Positions 1-8,632 of a DNA stretch of 46,442 nt are shown here, piece after piece. The DNA lies in contig CBDUWU010000002.1 of NCBI GenBank assembly GCA_965371015.1, positions 1 to 46,442 on the forward strand, read 5' to 3'. Within the stretch, counting starts at the first letter, position 1. Each line of letters starts with the position of its first letter. The notes under the pieces were generated by a model, which saw only the letters and a list, made by a program, of their open reading frames with translations, was not told the origin of the DNA and made no database searches. This DNA comes from an uncultured bacterium. GTDB taxonomy: Bacteria > Krumholzibacteriota > Krumholzibacteriia > WVZY01 > JAKEHA01. Both the position numbers and the translations under genes were made by a program.

Positions 1-1815
1 GTACCCCTTGACGTAGTTGGGGTCCAGCTCGATGACCTTCTGGAAATTATCCACGGCCAGCTGATATTCACGCAACTCCGCATGGGTAATTCCGAGATTG
101 TTGTACGCCTTGATCATCAACGGATCGATCGCGATCGCTTTTTTGTACTCCTCGATCGCCTGCTGTCGGAGATTGACCTGCCGGTAGGTCTGACCGAGAT
201 CGTAGTGGGTCCCGGAAAGGTCTGGCCGTATGTCGAGCGCGCGCGTGTAGTCTTCGATGGCCTTGAGGTAGTCCCTCGCTTCCTTGTGGATGATCGCGCG
301 GTGTACGTACCCCTCGTAATAGTCGGGATAAAGCGCGACGGCGCTGTCGATCTCGGCAACAGCCTGTCTGTACTCGCCGGCGATTCCCGCGCGTCTGGCC
401 CGGTGAACGTGCTCCCGGAAGTCCACTTCTCTGGCATCGAGAGCGAACAACCCCGGCTGGGTAACGATGAGAATTACCGCGGTGAGACCGGCGACGGCGA
501 ATGCGCGCCGGAGGTTGGCTAAACACCGGGGAAGGACTTCGATCAGCGCGTAGGCGGCGAACAGCGCCACGACGGGCGCGAGCTGTACGCGGTAACGAGC
601 GGTGACGAAGAACAGGATGATGGACAGTGCGTACACGACGACAAAACCCTGCAGCGGAAATAAACGCCGCCACCGCGGAAGCGACAGCAGCAGACCGAGA
701 ATTCCGATCGATCCGAGCGCCCAGAAACTGACAAAGAGGAACTTGAGTGTGACGTATTCGCGTCGCGACAGGTCGAAGCTTTCGATCTGGGGGATTTCGT
801 AGCCGTTGAAGAACATGGCGAACTTGCGTGCCGTCAGCCTGAGCGCGCCGCCGGGATCTGAACGCAGATAATCGAAGGCCTTGTCGAACCAGTACCGGGA
901 CACCTCGGACGGGTTCATGTCGCGGCCCATCAGCCGTTCGACGTAAGAACGCGTGGTCGCGTCGGTAACGAAGTCGGTACCCGCCGGCGGATAGAAAAAT
1001 CCGGTCGACATCTCGCTGTTCCCGATGTAGAAGTTGATCCCCGCGTTGGACGTGACGGGCACAAAGTCCCGGCTGGCGATGTAGTTGTGGATGGTGGCGG
1101 GAAGGACGGCCAGCACGACGGCGGCGGTAAAGGCAGCGGCGCTTTTCACGGGTCCCGCCCAGGCTCCGGGCGCGCGGCGTACGGCGACGATCCATAGCAC
1201 GGCCACGGGCCAGTAAACGAGCACGTTGGCCCGCGCGAGAGCGGATACGCCGAGCACCAGGCCGGGCGCCAGCCACGCGCTCCACTTTGCCTCACGTGGA
1301 ATCCGCACGAGAAGTACGAGCGTGAGCAGGTTGAGCAACGTGCCCATCCACATCATGAGCATCTGGCTCTCGTAAAACGTCATGGCCCCGTAGAAGAACA
1401 GGACCACGGCGGCGAGAAGTCCGGTCGACGGACGGAACAGGCTCCGGCCGAGGAAGTACGTCAGCAGGACGACGGCGGTGCCGCCGGCCGCCTGGATGAG
1501 GCGCACGACGGTAAAATCGCGACCGGCCACACCATAAACGGCGGCGAGAAAATACGAATACAGTGGCCCCATGAAGAACGCTTCGCGCCGCATCACGTTA
1601 CCGGCGAGGATGTCGACGGCGGTCTTGTCATAATGTTTGGCGTCCATGATGGGAACGCGGATCTGCAGCGACTGGGCGCTTTCGAGCACGAACGCGACCT
1701 TGACGGCGAACACGACGGCCGCAAACGCCACGAGCCACTTCCAGTTGCTCTCCAGCGCCCCGTCGAGGCGGGACAACCACCCCTCTATCCTCATTATCTT
1801 CCGCTCTTCCGTCAT
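1..1815 (-). CDS. GT-C fold membrane glycosyltransferase (ArnT/PMT-like, GT39/GT83 type) with C-terminal TPR repeats; C-terminus runs off the left window edge
   Basis: Absent from the ORF track because the frame is open to position 1. My translation of the minus strand from ATG 1815..1813 gives MTEERKIMRIEGWLSRLDGALESNWKWLVAFAAVVFAV... It has many hydrophobic spans (FFMGPLYSYFLAAVYG, LARANVLVYWPVAVLWIV, FVVVYALSIILFFVTARYR). TPR-like repeats follow (AVALYPDYYEGYVHRAIIHKEARDYLKAIEDYTRALDIRPD; AIEEYKKAIAIDPLMIKAYNNLG; NFQKVIELDPNYVKGY). 605 codons, exactly in frame to position 1. Confidence 0.75.
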   Translation of the reverse strand, partial: MTEERKIMRIEGWLSRLDGALESNWKWLVAFAAVVFAVKVAFVLESAQSLQIRVPIMDAKHYDKTAVDILAGNVMRREAFFMGPLYSYFLAAVYGVAGRDFTVVRLIQAAGGTAVVLLTYFLGRSLFRPSTGLLAAVVLFFYGAMTFYESQMLMMWMGTLLNLLTLVLLVRIPREAKWSAWLAPGLVLGVSALARANVLVYWPVAVLWIVAVRRAPGAWAGPVKSAAAFTAAVVLAVLPATIHNYIASRDFVPVTSNAGINFYIGNSEMSTGFFYPPAGTDFVTDATTRSYVERLMGRDMNPSEVSRYWFDKAFDYLRSDPGGALRLTARKFAMFFNGYEIPQIESFDLSRREYVTLKFLFVSFWALGSIGILGLLLSLPRWRRLFPLQGFVVVYALSIILFFVTARYRVQLAPVVALFAAYALIEVLPRCLANLRRAFAVAGLTAVILIVTQPGLFALDAREVDFREHVHRARRAGIAGEYRQAVAEIDSAVALYPDYYEGYVHRAIIHKEARDYLKAIEDYTRALDIRPDLSGTHYDLGQTYRQVNLRQQAIEEYKKAIAIDPLMIKAYNNLGITHAELREYQLAVDNFQKVIELDPNYVKGY

Positions 1816-1940
1816 GACGTTCTCTCTCGCTATACTCCGCACGTTACCGGCCGCCCACCGGCGCCCTAAAGGGCCCAAGCGCTGCGATGCCGCGTTCCCA
1901 TCATATTATAAAGGGAGGGAGAGAGGCGACCCGAATTAAA

Positions 1941-1969
1941 TTGACCCGACGGCGCGTCGGACATAACCT
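1941..1969 (+). promoter_or_regulatory. sigma70-type promoter candidate for pyrE (TTGACC-17-TAACCT)
   Basis: TTGACC at 1941-1946, 17-nt spacer, TAACCT at 1964-1969, about 50 nt upstream of the pyrE ATG. Confidence 0.4.
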
Positions 1970-2018
1970 GTCCTGCGACGGTCCCACCCCGCAACCACAC
2001 ATACAAAGGCAATAAGAT

Positions 2019-2564
2019 ATGAACTATCGAGACGAACTCATCAAGCACGTGACCACACACGCCCTCAAGAAAGGCGAGTTTACCCTCGCGTCAGGACGGA
2101 AGAGCAACTATTACATCAACGGCAAACTCAGCACCCTGGACGCGCGCGGCGCGTATCTCGTGGCCCGCACGTTCCTCGCCATGCTCACCGACAACGTGCC
2201 CGACGCCATCGGGGGCCTCACCCTCGGCGCCGACCCCATCATCGGGTCAATGCTGTCGCTGGCCGGTCTCGAGGATATGCAGCTCAAGGGATTCATCGTG
2301 CGCAAGGAAGCCAAGGGGCACGGCACGAAGTCGCAAGTCGAAGGTCCCCTGACCGGCGACGAGGAAGTCGTCATCATCGAGGACGTCATCACCACCGGCG
2401 GATCATCGATGAAGGCGATCAAGGCGCTCGAATCGGCCGGCTGCAGGGTGAAGCGGGTTCTGACGGTCGTCGACCGCGAAGAGGGCGGCAAGGACAACCT
2501 CGCCGCGGAGGGTTACCAGCTGGAAAGCATATTTACCGCGCGCGAATTGCTCGACTTCGAATAG
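2019..2564 (+). CDS. pyrE: orotate phosphoribosyltransferase
   Basis: 181 aa. Contains FTLASGRKSNYYINGK and the PRPP-binding loop VVIIEDVITTGGS. Length is typical of short PyrE. Confidence 0.93.
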   Translation: MNYRDELIKHVTTHALKKGEFTLASGRKSNYYINGKLSTLDARGAYLVARTFLAMLTDNVPDAIGGLTLGADPIIGSMLSLAGLEDMQLKGFIVRKEAKGHGTKSQVEGPLTGDEEVVIIEDVITTGGSSMKAIKALESAGCRVKRVLTVVDREEGGKDNLAAEGYQLESIFTARELLDFE

Positions 2565-2573
2565 CGGCAGTCT

Positions 2574-3740
2574 CTACAACACGTGACGCTTTCGCGCCGC
2601 CAGCCGGCCCAGCAGCAGACCCAGCGCGGGTATCAACCACGCGGCCGCCGCGGCAAATACGATATTGCCGATCACCGGTATGCCGCCCAGTAGAAACCGT
2701 ATCCCGCCCAGCAGAAATGCCAGTCCAACCGTGATCAACGCCGTGACGGCATATTCCTGCCCCATGCGAGCCATCGAACGGACTACCGAATACGGGTTGA
2801 GCAGGTGGACGATGATCCCGACCGAGTGCGTGATCTTCACCAGCACCGCGGGCAGATAAACCAGCCCGGTCAGCGTTAATGTGACGAGCAGTACCGGACT
2901 TCCCGCCACGTGAGAGAACGCGGTACCTTCTCTGCCGGTCAGCGCCCCGACAGCCCGGCCGATGCCGTATACCACCAGTATGCTCTGTGCCGCCACCAGT
3001 GCGCCGGCCAGAAGGGGCAGTATGATTTCGCGCGCCGGGTTTTGCAGAGACCGATTCCACTCGGGTAACGTCTTCGCACCTCCGGCGGCATGACGAGCCG
3101 ACTGAATGCACCAGAGGTACGCGAGCGGCGCCGCTGCGAACACGCCGAACGGAACAAAGGAAAGGATCAGGAGCACCGCCGCCAGAATCGCCAGATAGAG
3201 CGGCCCCCTGCTGAGCGGGTAGACAAGAAGTTCGCCGGGTTCATCCCACACGGGCGGCTCGCGCCGGAGAAACTGAAACTGCCGGCATTCCGATTTCGAG
3301 AACCGACGCATCACCTCGTTGGCCACGCGGGAATTAAACGGTTCGAGCTCCAGCGCTTTCTGGAAGTGGTCGCGGGCCAGTTCACGGTCACCGCGGATTG
3401 CCGCCACTCGGCCCGCCTCCACGTAACCCCTCACCGCGTCCGGATTCCGGGAGATCGCATCCAGCGCCTCGGTGTACTCGGTTTCCAGGGTCGCCGCCTC
3501 GCCATCTCCCTCTTCTTCTTCCTGACCACCGTCCACCAACATCTCCACCACCGCCCCGAAGAGCGGCCTCAGGTCGGTCTCTTCCGCCCGGACCCATTTG
3601 TTCTTGTCGGGGAAAAAGATCTGGGCGTCGGCGGTAATCTGCCCCGACCGGCACATCTCCTCGATCGCCGCCCAGCCGTATTGCTCTTCCTGCGACGCGC
3701 CCTCGGGCAGCACCCAGAATGTCGTATCAAGAGTTTTCAT
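2574..3740 (-). CDS. membrane protein: N-terminal GYF_2 (DUF4339)-like domain, one TPR-like segment, C-terminal multi-pass membrane domain
   Basis: Start moved to ATG 3740, preceded by GAGGAGG (cgaggaggctggagcgaATG). N-terminus is MKTLDTTFWVLPEGASQEEQYGWAAIEEMCRSGQITADAQIFFPDKNKWVRAEE (GYF_2-like). Then RELARDHFQKALELEPFNSRV (TPR-like), then about 6 hydrophobic helices. Confidence 0.75.
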   Translation of the reverse strand: MKTLDTTFWVLPEGASQEEQYGWAAIEEMCRSGQITADAQIFFPDKNKWVRAEETDLRPLFGAVVEMLVDGGQEEEEGDGEAATLETEYTEALDAISRNPDAVRGYVEAGRVAAIRGDRELARDHFQKALELEPFNSRVANEVMRRFSKSECRQFQFLRREPPVWDEPGELLVYPLSRGPLYLAILAAVLLILSFVPFGVFAAAPLAYLWCIQSARHAAGGAKTLPEWNRSLQNPAREIILPLLAGALVAAQSILVVYGIGRAVGALTGREGTAFSHVAGSPVLLVTLTLTGLVYLPAVLVKITHSVGIIVHLLNPYSVVRSMARMGQEYAVTALITVGLAFLLGGIRFLLGGIPVIGNIVFAAAAAWLIPALGLLLGRLAARKRHVL

Positions 3741-3770
3741 TCGCTCCAGCCTCCTCGAACCACGGTAAAT

Positions 3771-3787
3771 AGCACGAGTTGTGCCAA
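3771..3787 (-). promoter_or_regulatory. sigma54 (-24/-12) promoter candidate for the GYF/TPR membrane protein gene
   Basis: Minus strand reads TTGGCAC-AACTC-GTGCT, against the consensus TGGCAC-N5-TTGCW. The -12 GC lies about 32 nt upstream of ATG 3740. Confidence 0.55.
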
Positions 3788-3824
3788 AAACCCCAGAAGG
3801 CGGGGCGGTTTCGGTCCCCAACGC

Positions 3825-3854
3825 AAAAGAACCGGCCTGGAATTCCGGACCGGC
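3825..3854 (-). terminator. intrinsic terminator candidate after the PEP-CTERM gene
   Basis: Minus strand GCCGGUCCGG-AAUU-CCAGGCCGGU forms about 9 pairs including wobbles. It is followed by UCUUUUGCG, 40 nt past the stop at 3897. Confidence 0.55.
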
Positions 3855-3896
3855 TCTGTGAACAGACAAGAGGAGAGAAGGGAGTTTTTCGCCGAC

Positions 3897-4559
3897 CTAG
3901 CCCATCTCGCGCTGTTTTCTTCTGACCGAGTACAGGAGTGTCAAACCGATCAGACCGCTGGCGAGCAGCACCCAGGTCGCAGGCTCGGGCGCCGGGTGGA
4001 CGGTCATGCGCACAGCCATATGGTCGTAACTCTGGTCGGCGTGGGAGCTGCCGGCGTAGAGCCCGTTCCAGGCCATCAGGTACGAATTCGAATTCATCGG
4101 ATCCCGGTAGAACAGCGCCTGGACGGCGCCGTTGGTGTTGAACGGACTGAACGAGTAATAGCGCGTCGTCCTCCATCCCTCCCTCCTGGAGATATAGAAA
4201 CCGTACGTCGTGTTGTCGCGACTCGCATCGTACATCCGGTTGGCACCGACCTTGGTTGCGGCCTTAAATACATCCTTGTGACGATAATATGTACCCCACT
4301 GGCGGGTTCGTCTTTCCAGGACACCAAAGCTCAAATCGGTGATGCCGGAGCGGCTCATCAACTGGAACTCCATCATGCCCTGCAGCCGGAAGTTGAGGTC
4401 GGTCTGGTAGTTGGCGACGTCGATATAGTCGTAGCCCAGGCTGTTGAACACGTTCTGGAGCGATCCGCCGCCGGAGCCGGAAAACACGGATGCATGGGTC
4501 TGGAACGCACACAGCGCCAGGACGCCAAAAGCAATTAGTAACACTCTACCCTTCATCAT
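3897..4559 (-). CDS. secreted PEP-CTERM sorting-domain protein of unknown function
   Basis: Start set at ATGATG 4559/4556, preceded by GAGAGG. Signal peptide MMKGRVLLIAFGVLALCAFQTHA. The C-terminus PAPEPATWVLLASGLIGLTLLYSVRRKQ shows the PEP motif, a TM helix and a basic tail. Confidence 0.8.
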   Translation of the reverse strand: MMKGRVLLIAFGVLALCAFQTHASVFSGSGGGSLQNVFNSLGYDYIDVANYQTDLNFRLQGMMEFQLMSRSGITDLSFGVLERRTRQWGTYYRHKDVFKAATKVGANRMYDASRDNTTYGFYISRREGWRTTRYYSFSPFNTNGAVQALFYRDPMNSNSYLMAWNGLYAGSSHADQSYDHMAVRMTVHPAPEPATWVLLASGLIGLTLLYSVRRKQREMG

Positions 4560-4614
4560 CGCGCCTCTCGATACTGATAGTCTTGATTGGATGCAATTCA
4601 GCATAAGATATAAA

Positions 4615-4630
4615 AGCACAATACATGCCC
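4615..4630 (-). promoter_or_regulatory. sigma54-like promoter candidate for the PEP-CTERM gene
   Basis: Minus strand reads GGGCAT-GTATT-GTGCT. Spacing and the -12 GTGCT are the same as in the 3771-3787 element. It lies about 57 nt upstream of ATG 4559, in an AT-rich tract. Confidence 0.35.
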
Positions 4631-4904
4631 GGAACCGGTGTTCCGCGGAAATACCGCATCAGTAACTCTCTGGAATCAAACAACTTAGAAGCACAACGGA
4701 TTCGATATAGCTGTGTTTTTCCGGTAATTCACAAGCCGGGCCTTCTTCCCCAATCAAATATCGCCGACCCGGATCGTTGCGAGAAATCACCCGAAATCCC
4801 CGGCGCGGGGCCCCGGCCGGCCGTTTCGCCGACCTCTTCCCGGAACTCACTCTTGTACAACAAGTTTGCTCCCCGAGTCAAGCGTGGCCTCCTCCCGGAC
4901 GCGC

Positions 4905-4930
4905 GAAGGCCGCCCTTGCGGGCGGCCTTC
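4905..4930 (-). terminator. GC-rich hairpin downstream of the M16 operon (terminator candidate, no U-tract)
   Basis: gaaggccgccc-ttgc-gggcggccttc forms a perfect 11-bp stem with a 4-nt loop, 35 nt past the stop at 4965. Confidence 0.5.
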
Positions 4931-4964
4931 ACAGAGTCTTCAGAAGCGCCTTGCGCGCGCGAGA

Positions 4965-7043
4965 TTATTCGGCGTGGCTCTTCAGTTCCATGGTGAGTCC
5001 CTGCGCGGGCATCTCCTGCTTGACCAGGTAATGCGGCGCGTCGGTGCGAACGTACATGATCAGGTTGCCATCAGGCCGGTTGACCTCAACCTTGTACACG
5101 GAGAACGACCCCGCCGACACCATCAATTCCTCTTCGCCCAGCACCTCGATCTTGTAGCTCTGGAGCGAGCCGGACTGGCTGTCGAGGAACGGGAACTTGA
5201 AGCTCTTGCCCACCTCGAGTGGCAGAACGGCGATCACCAGATCCAGGGCACCATCGATGAGCGTGCCGCCGACCAGATCGAGAGCGACGTCCTTGGGTCC
5301 ATCGGGCATTCCCTCGATCTTGCCCGTCGCCGTGCCGTCCTCGATCTCGTAGACGATCTTCATCTGCTGAGGGCCGGCTGCCATCGAAAAGTCGTAGAGC
5401 ATCGGCTCGAAGTTGCCCGCTCCGACGGTGACCGCTTCCGTCATCGAGATCATCCCCGAGATCTCCGACGATGACTCGATCGTCTCGCCGATGCGTTTGA
5501 CGGAAACGTTCATGTCTCCGAGGTTCATCTCCTGGACGATCACCGCGAACACCGATTCGTGATCCTTGATCAGCGACGTATCGAAGTCGTAGTCACTGGG
5601 CTGGATCGCCAGTTCGTCGCGCGTCATCTCGTTACCCTCGATGTCGTACAACGCGAGTGCCGCAATCGGTTCGACCATGTCGATCACTTCGATGGCATCA
5701 CCCACCATGACGAGTGCCATCCGGTCGGGGTGCAGGTATTTCTGCATCGCCAACTGGGCGTCTTCTACTTCGACCTTGGCGATTTCCTTGCGATAGCCCT
5801 CGAGATACTTCTTGCCCAGGCCGAGCATCTTGACCTGACTGATCTGCCCGGCGATCTGGTTGGGTGTTTCGATCGTCGTGGGGAAATTGCCGATCAGATA
5901 CGACTTGGCGTCGTCGAGTTCCTGCTGGGAAACCGGCTCCTCCACCATCCTCTCGAACTCTGCCAGCACCTCGACGAGCGCGCTGTCGGTCACCTCGGTG
6001 CGCACATTAGCCGTCATCCGGAAGTACCCGACGTCCACCGGCTTGGTGAACTGGCTGTAAGCACCATAGGTCCAGCCCTTTTCCTCGCGGATGTTCAGAA
6101 ACAGCCGGCCCGTGGCACCGCCTCCGAGAACCTTGTTGGCCACCGTGACCGACGCCCAGTCCGGGTTGTCGGGACGGAGTCCGATGTGCCCCAGGTACAG
6201 GTTGGTCTGAACGGAACCCGGGCGGTGATAAAGGCTGATGTTCTTCGCCGTCCGCTCGGGGGGGTCAGGATAGGTCACGCGGTCGGGCTCGCCCGGCTCC
6301 CAGTCGCCGAAATACTTCTCGACGGCCTTCTTGACTTCCTTCTGTTTGACGTCACCCACGACGAAGAGCTTGGCGTTGTTTGCCACGTAGTTCTTCTTGT
6401 GGTAGGCCACGATGTCCTCGCGGGTCACCGCTTCGACGGTCTCGACGGACGGTGACACCGCGTAGGGGTGGTGGCCGTAGACGACCGATTTGAAGTGCCG
6501 GTCCGCCATCGCGTTGGGATCGGAGAGCTCGAATTCCAGAGCCGTCTTGGCGCGCTTGCGCTCCTGCTCCAGTTCGTCTTCCGGAAACGTGGGCCTCAAC
6601 ACGACGTCGGCCAGAAACTCGTAGGCGACGTCAAGATACTCGGACATGATCGAGATACTGATAAAGGTGAAGTCATTGCCCGATCCGGCTCCGAAATCGC
6701 CGCCGTACGACTCGATCCACTCGGCCAGTTCGTCCGAGTTCCGCGTCTCGGTGCCCTTGTTGAGCAGCGTCGAGGTGAACGTCGCCAGCGACGACTTGCC
6801 CTCTGGGTCGAGGGTTGTCCCCGCCTGGATCACGAAATAAACGGTAGCGATCGGCTGTTCGTGGTGTTCGACCACGATCACTTCCATCCCGTTGTCCGCC
6901 GTGTATTCCTTCCACTTGGGGAAAGACAGTTTTTTCATTTTGCCCGGCTCGGGAGGTTGCTCCTTCGCCAGCGGAACGCCTGTGAACATCGCCAACAGCG
7001 CGACCGCCAGTACGCCGGCGAACATTGTCTTGAAGATCTTCAT
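4965..7043 (-). CDS. M16 (pitrilysin/insulinase) family protein, non-catalytic partner, with an extra C-terminal domain of about 230 aa
   Basis: 692 aa with signal peptide MKIFKTMFAGVLAVALLAMFTGVPLA. The M16 N and C lobes are recognisable, but the zinc motif position reads SLATFTSTLL (no HxxEH). GGAGGAA sits upstream of ATG 7043. Confidence 0.85.
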   Translation of the reverse strand: MKIFKTMFAGVLAVALLAMFTGVPLAKEQPPEPGKMKKLSFPKWKEYTADNGMEVIVVEHHEQPIATVYFVIQAGTTLDPEGKSSLATFTSTLLNKGTETRNSDELAEWIESYGGDFGAGSGNDFTFISISIMSEYLDVAYEFLADVVLRPTFPEDELEQERKRAKTALEFELSDPNAMADRHFKSVVYGHHPYAVSPSVETVEAVTREDIVAYHKKNYVANNAKLFVVGDVKQKEVKKAVEKYFGDWEPGEPDRVTYPDPPERTAKNISLYHRPGSVQTNLYLGHIGLRPDNPDWASVTVANKVLGGGATGRLFLNIREEKGWTYGAYSQFTKPVDVGYFRMTANVRTEVTDSALVEVLAEFERMVEEPVSQQELDDAKSYLIGNFPTTIETPNQIAGQISQVKMLGLGKKYLEGYRKEIAKVEVEDAQLAMQKYLHPDRMALVMVGDAIEVIDMVEPIAALALYDIEGNEMTRDELAIQPSDYDFDTSLIKDHESVFAVIVQEMNLGDMNVSVKRIGETIESSSEISGMISMTEAVTVGAGNFEPMLYDFSMAAGPQQMKIVYEIEDGTATGKIEGMPDGPKDVALDLVGGTLIDGALDLVIAVLPLEVGKSFKFPFLDSQSGSLQSYKIEVLGEEELMVSAGSFSVYKVEVNRPDGNLIMYVRTDAPHYLVKQEMPAQGLTMELKSHAE

Positions 7044-7058
7044 CGGTTCGTTCCTCCT

Positions 7059-8396
7059 TTAAGAGCTTTCCTGCGACGGCGGCGCCGCGACAACAACCGT
7101 CCTGTTTTCGACCTTGAGATACTCGTTGGCAACGCGTTTGATGTCCTCAGTCGTTACCTCCATGAACCGGTCGATGTCGGTGTTGATTTCGGCGAGGTCG
7201 TCGTGGAAGAACGCGTAATGCTGGAGCGCCTCGGCCTTCTGCATGCACGTCTGGCGTCCCGTAATAAAATTTTTCTTCCACTGGATCTTGACCTTGTTCA
7301 GTTCTTCTTCCGTCACGCCGACGGTTTGGACCTTTTCGATTTCTTCCTGCATGAGGCTTTCGACGACGCCGATATCGACACCGGCGTTCGAAGCTCCAAT
7401 GAGGCGAAAGAGGCTCGGGCCCATACGGCTGTCGTGAAAGCCGAATACGCCGAATGCCGCCTCTTCGTCCTTGACGAGGCGCTTGTGCATACGGCTCGAT
7501 TCCCCATCGACGAGGATGCTGTTGAGCAGCTGCAACGCGGGCGTGTCCGAGTCGATGTGAGGCGGCGTGACGTAGCCGATGAATACCGCGGGGACGTTGG
7601 CCTTGGGCGAGTCGACGATCTGCCGGCGCTCTCCCTTGTTGATCGGCTCTTCGCCGGTGAGTTTCGGAATCGCATTGCCGCCGGGAATGTCGCCGAAGTA
7701 CTCTTCGACCATTTTCATCGCCTTTTTCTGGTCGATGTCGCCGACGATCACGAGTACCGCGTTTTTCGGCTGGTAATACTCGTCGAAGAAATCCTGGACG
7801 TCGGTGACTTCGGCTGCGTCCAGGTCGACCATGCGGCCGATGACCGTGTGGTTGTACGGCCACCAGTCGAAGTTGAGCGTGTCCGAAACGAGAAACGCTT
7901 CACCGTAGGGCTGATTGTCGATGCCCTGGCGACGTTCTTCCTTAACCGTCTCGCGCTGGTTCTCGAATTTTTCCGCAGTAATCACGAGAGAACGCATACG
8001 GTCGGCTTCCAGCCACAGTCCGAGATTGAGGCGATTTGCAGGGAGCGTCTCGTAGTAGTTGGTCCGGTCCACCGTGGTGGAACCGTTCATTGTCCCGCCG
8101 GCCTTGGAGACCAGCTTGAAGTGCTCCGTCTTGTCGACGTTCGCGGACCCTTCGAACATCATGTGCTCGAACAGATGGGCAAAACCGCTGCGTCCTTGTT
8201 CCTCATAACCGCTGCCCACGTGATACCACACGTTGACCGCTACAATCGGCACCGAATGATCCTCGGAGAGAATCACCCGGAGTCCGTTATCGAGTTTGTA
8301 CTCTTTGTATTCGACGTACCCCGGTTGTTCGTCGGCGGCCAGGCCAGCCGTGACGATCAGGCACATCATAGCGAGTACCAGAATAAAACGCTTCAT
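7059..8396 (-). CDS. M16 family zinc metallopeptidase (catalytic subunit)
   Basis: Start moved to ATG 8396, preceded by GGAGG (tcatcggaggtatcATG). Signal peptide MKRFILVLAMMCLIVTAGLAA. Inverted zinc motif HLFEH lies within GFAHLFEHMMFEGS. Confidence 0.9.
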   Translation of the reverse strand: MKRFILVLAMMCLIVTAGLAADEQPGYVEYKEYKLDNGLRVILSEDHSVPIVAVNVWYHVGSGYEEQGRSGFAHLFEHMMFEGSANVDKTEHFKLVSKAGGTMNGSTTVDRTNYYETLPANRLNLGLWLEADRMRSLVITAEKFENQRETVKEERRQGIDNQPYGEAFLVSDTLNFDWWPYNHTVIGRMVDLDAAEVTDVQDFFDEYYQPKNAVLVIVGDIDQKKAMKMVEEYFGDIPGGNAIPKLTGEEPINKGERRQIVDSPKANVPAVFIGYVTPPHIDSDTPALQLLNSILVDGESSRMHKRLVKDEEAAFGVFGFHDSRMGPSLFRLIGASNAGVDIGVVESLMQEEIEKVQTVGVTEEELNKVKIQWKKNFITGRQTCMQKAEALQHYAFFHDDLAEINTDIDRFMEVTTEDIKRVANEYLKVENRTVVVAAPPSQESS

Positions 8397-8451
8397 GATA
8401 CCTCCGATGAGATGGTGAAACAGAAACCGATCGAGTGTTGCATACACAAAT

Positions 8452-8481
8452 TTGACAGGATCGACATCGGGAATGTATGAG
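8452..8481 (+). promoter_or_regulatory. sigma70-type promoter candidate for the flavoenzyme operon (TTGACA-18-TATGAG)
   Basis: Perfect -35 TTGACA at 8452-8457 and a weak -10 TATGAG at 8476-8481. This would give a leader of about 200 nt. Confidence 0.3.
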
Positions 8482-8519
8482 GGACCGGGTAAGCACTAAT
8501 GGGTAATTACCAATATGTA

Positions 8520-8632
8520 CCTGAATTCCCCCCCCCGGTCAAGCCCCCGGAAAGGGGGGAGCAAAAACCCCTGTGCCTTGGTAACTCATGCAATACTACG
8601 GACCAATTTCAATTGCGGTTGCGGTCTTTTTG
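8520..8632 (+). promoter_or_regulatory. structured 5' leader (possible cis-regulatory RNA/attenuator) upstream of the flavoenzyme operon
   Basis: C9 run at 8528-8536. CCCCC-GGAAA-GGGGG hairpin at 8544-8558. GGAGCAA and CUCAUGCAA...GGACC strings. TTGCGG x2 direct repeat at 8613-8624. Weak GACC..GGUC stem followed by UUUUU at 8601-8631. Confidence 0.25.

Noticed and set aside
68-1285. 405-aa minus-strand ORF (MERVAGARPGARRIRSRAGQ...)
   Set aside because: It is extremely Arg/Pro/Gly-rich and low in complexity, typical of an off-frame reading of GC-rich DNA. Another minus-strand frame gives a coherent GT-C plus TPR protein over 1-1815.
3090-4538. 482-aa plus-strand ORF spanning two minus-strand genes and their intergenic region
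   Set aside because: It is antisense to the GYF membrane protein and the PEP-CTERM protein. It crosses a terminator and a promoter, has an Arg-rich composition and no recognisable motif.
4659-4932. Small ORFs (63-67 aa, minus strand; also 4625-4996 plus) in the 405-nt gap upstream of the PEP-CTERM gene
   Set aside because: They are basic and low in complexity, have no SD, and overlap each other in different frames. The region is better explained as a regulatory (sigma54 enhancer) and terminator region.
6468-8480. 670-aa plus-strand ORF
   Set aside because: It is antisense to both M16 peptidase genes, which have clear signal peptides, SD sites and the HLFEH motif. Its composition is that of a GC-rich antisense frame (many R, D, V, L).
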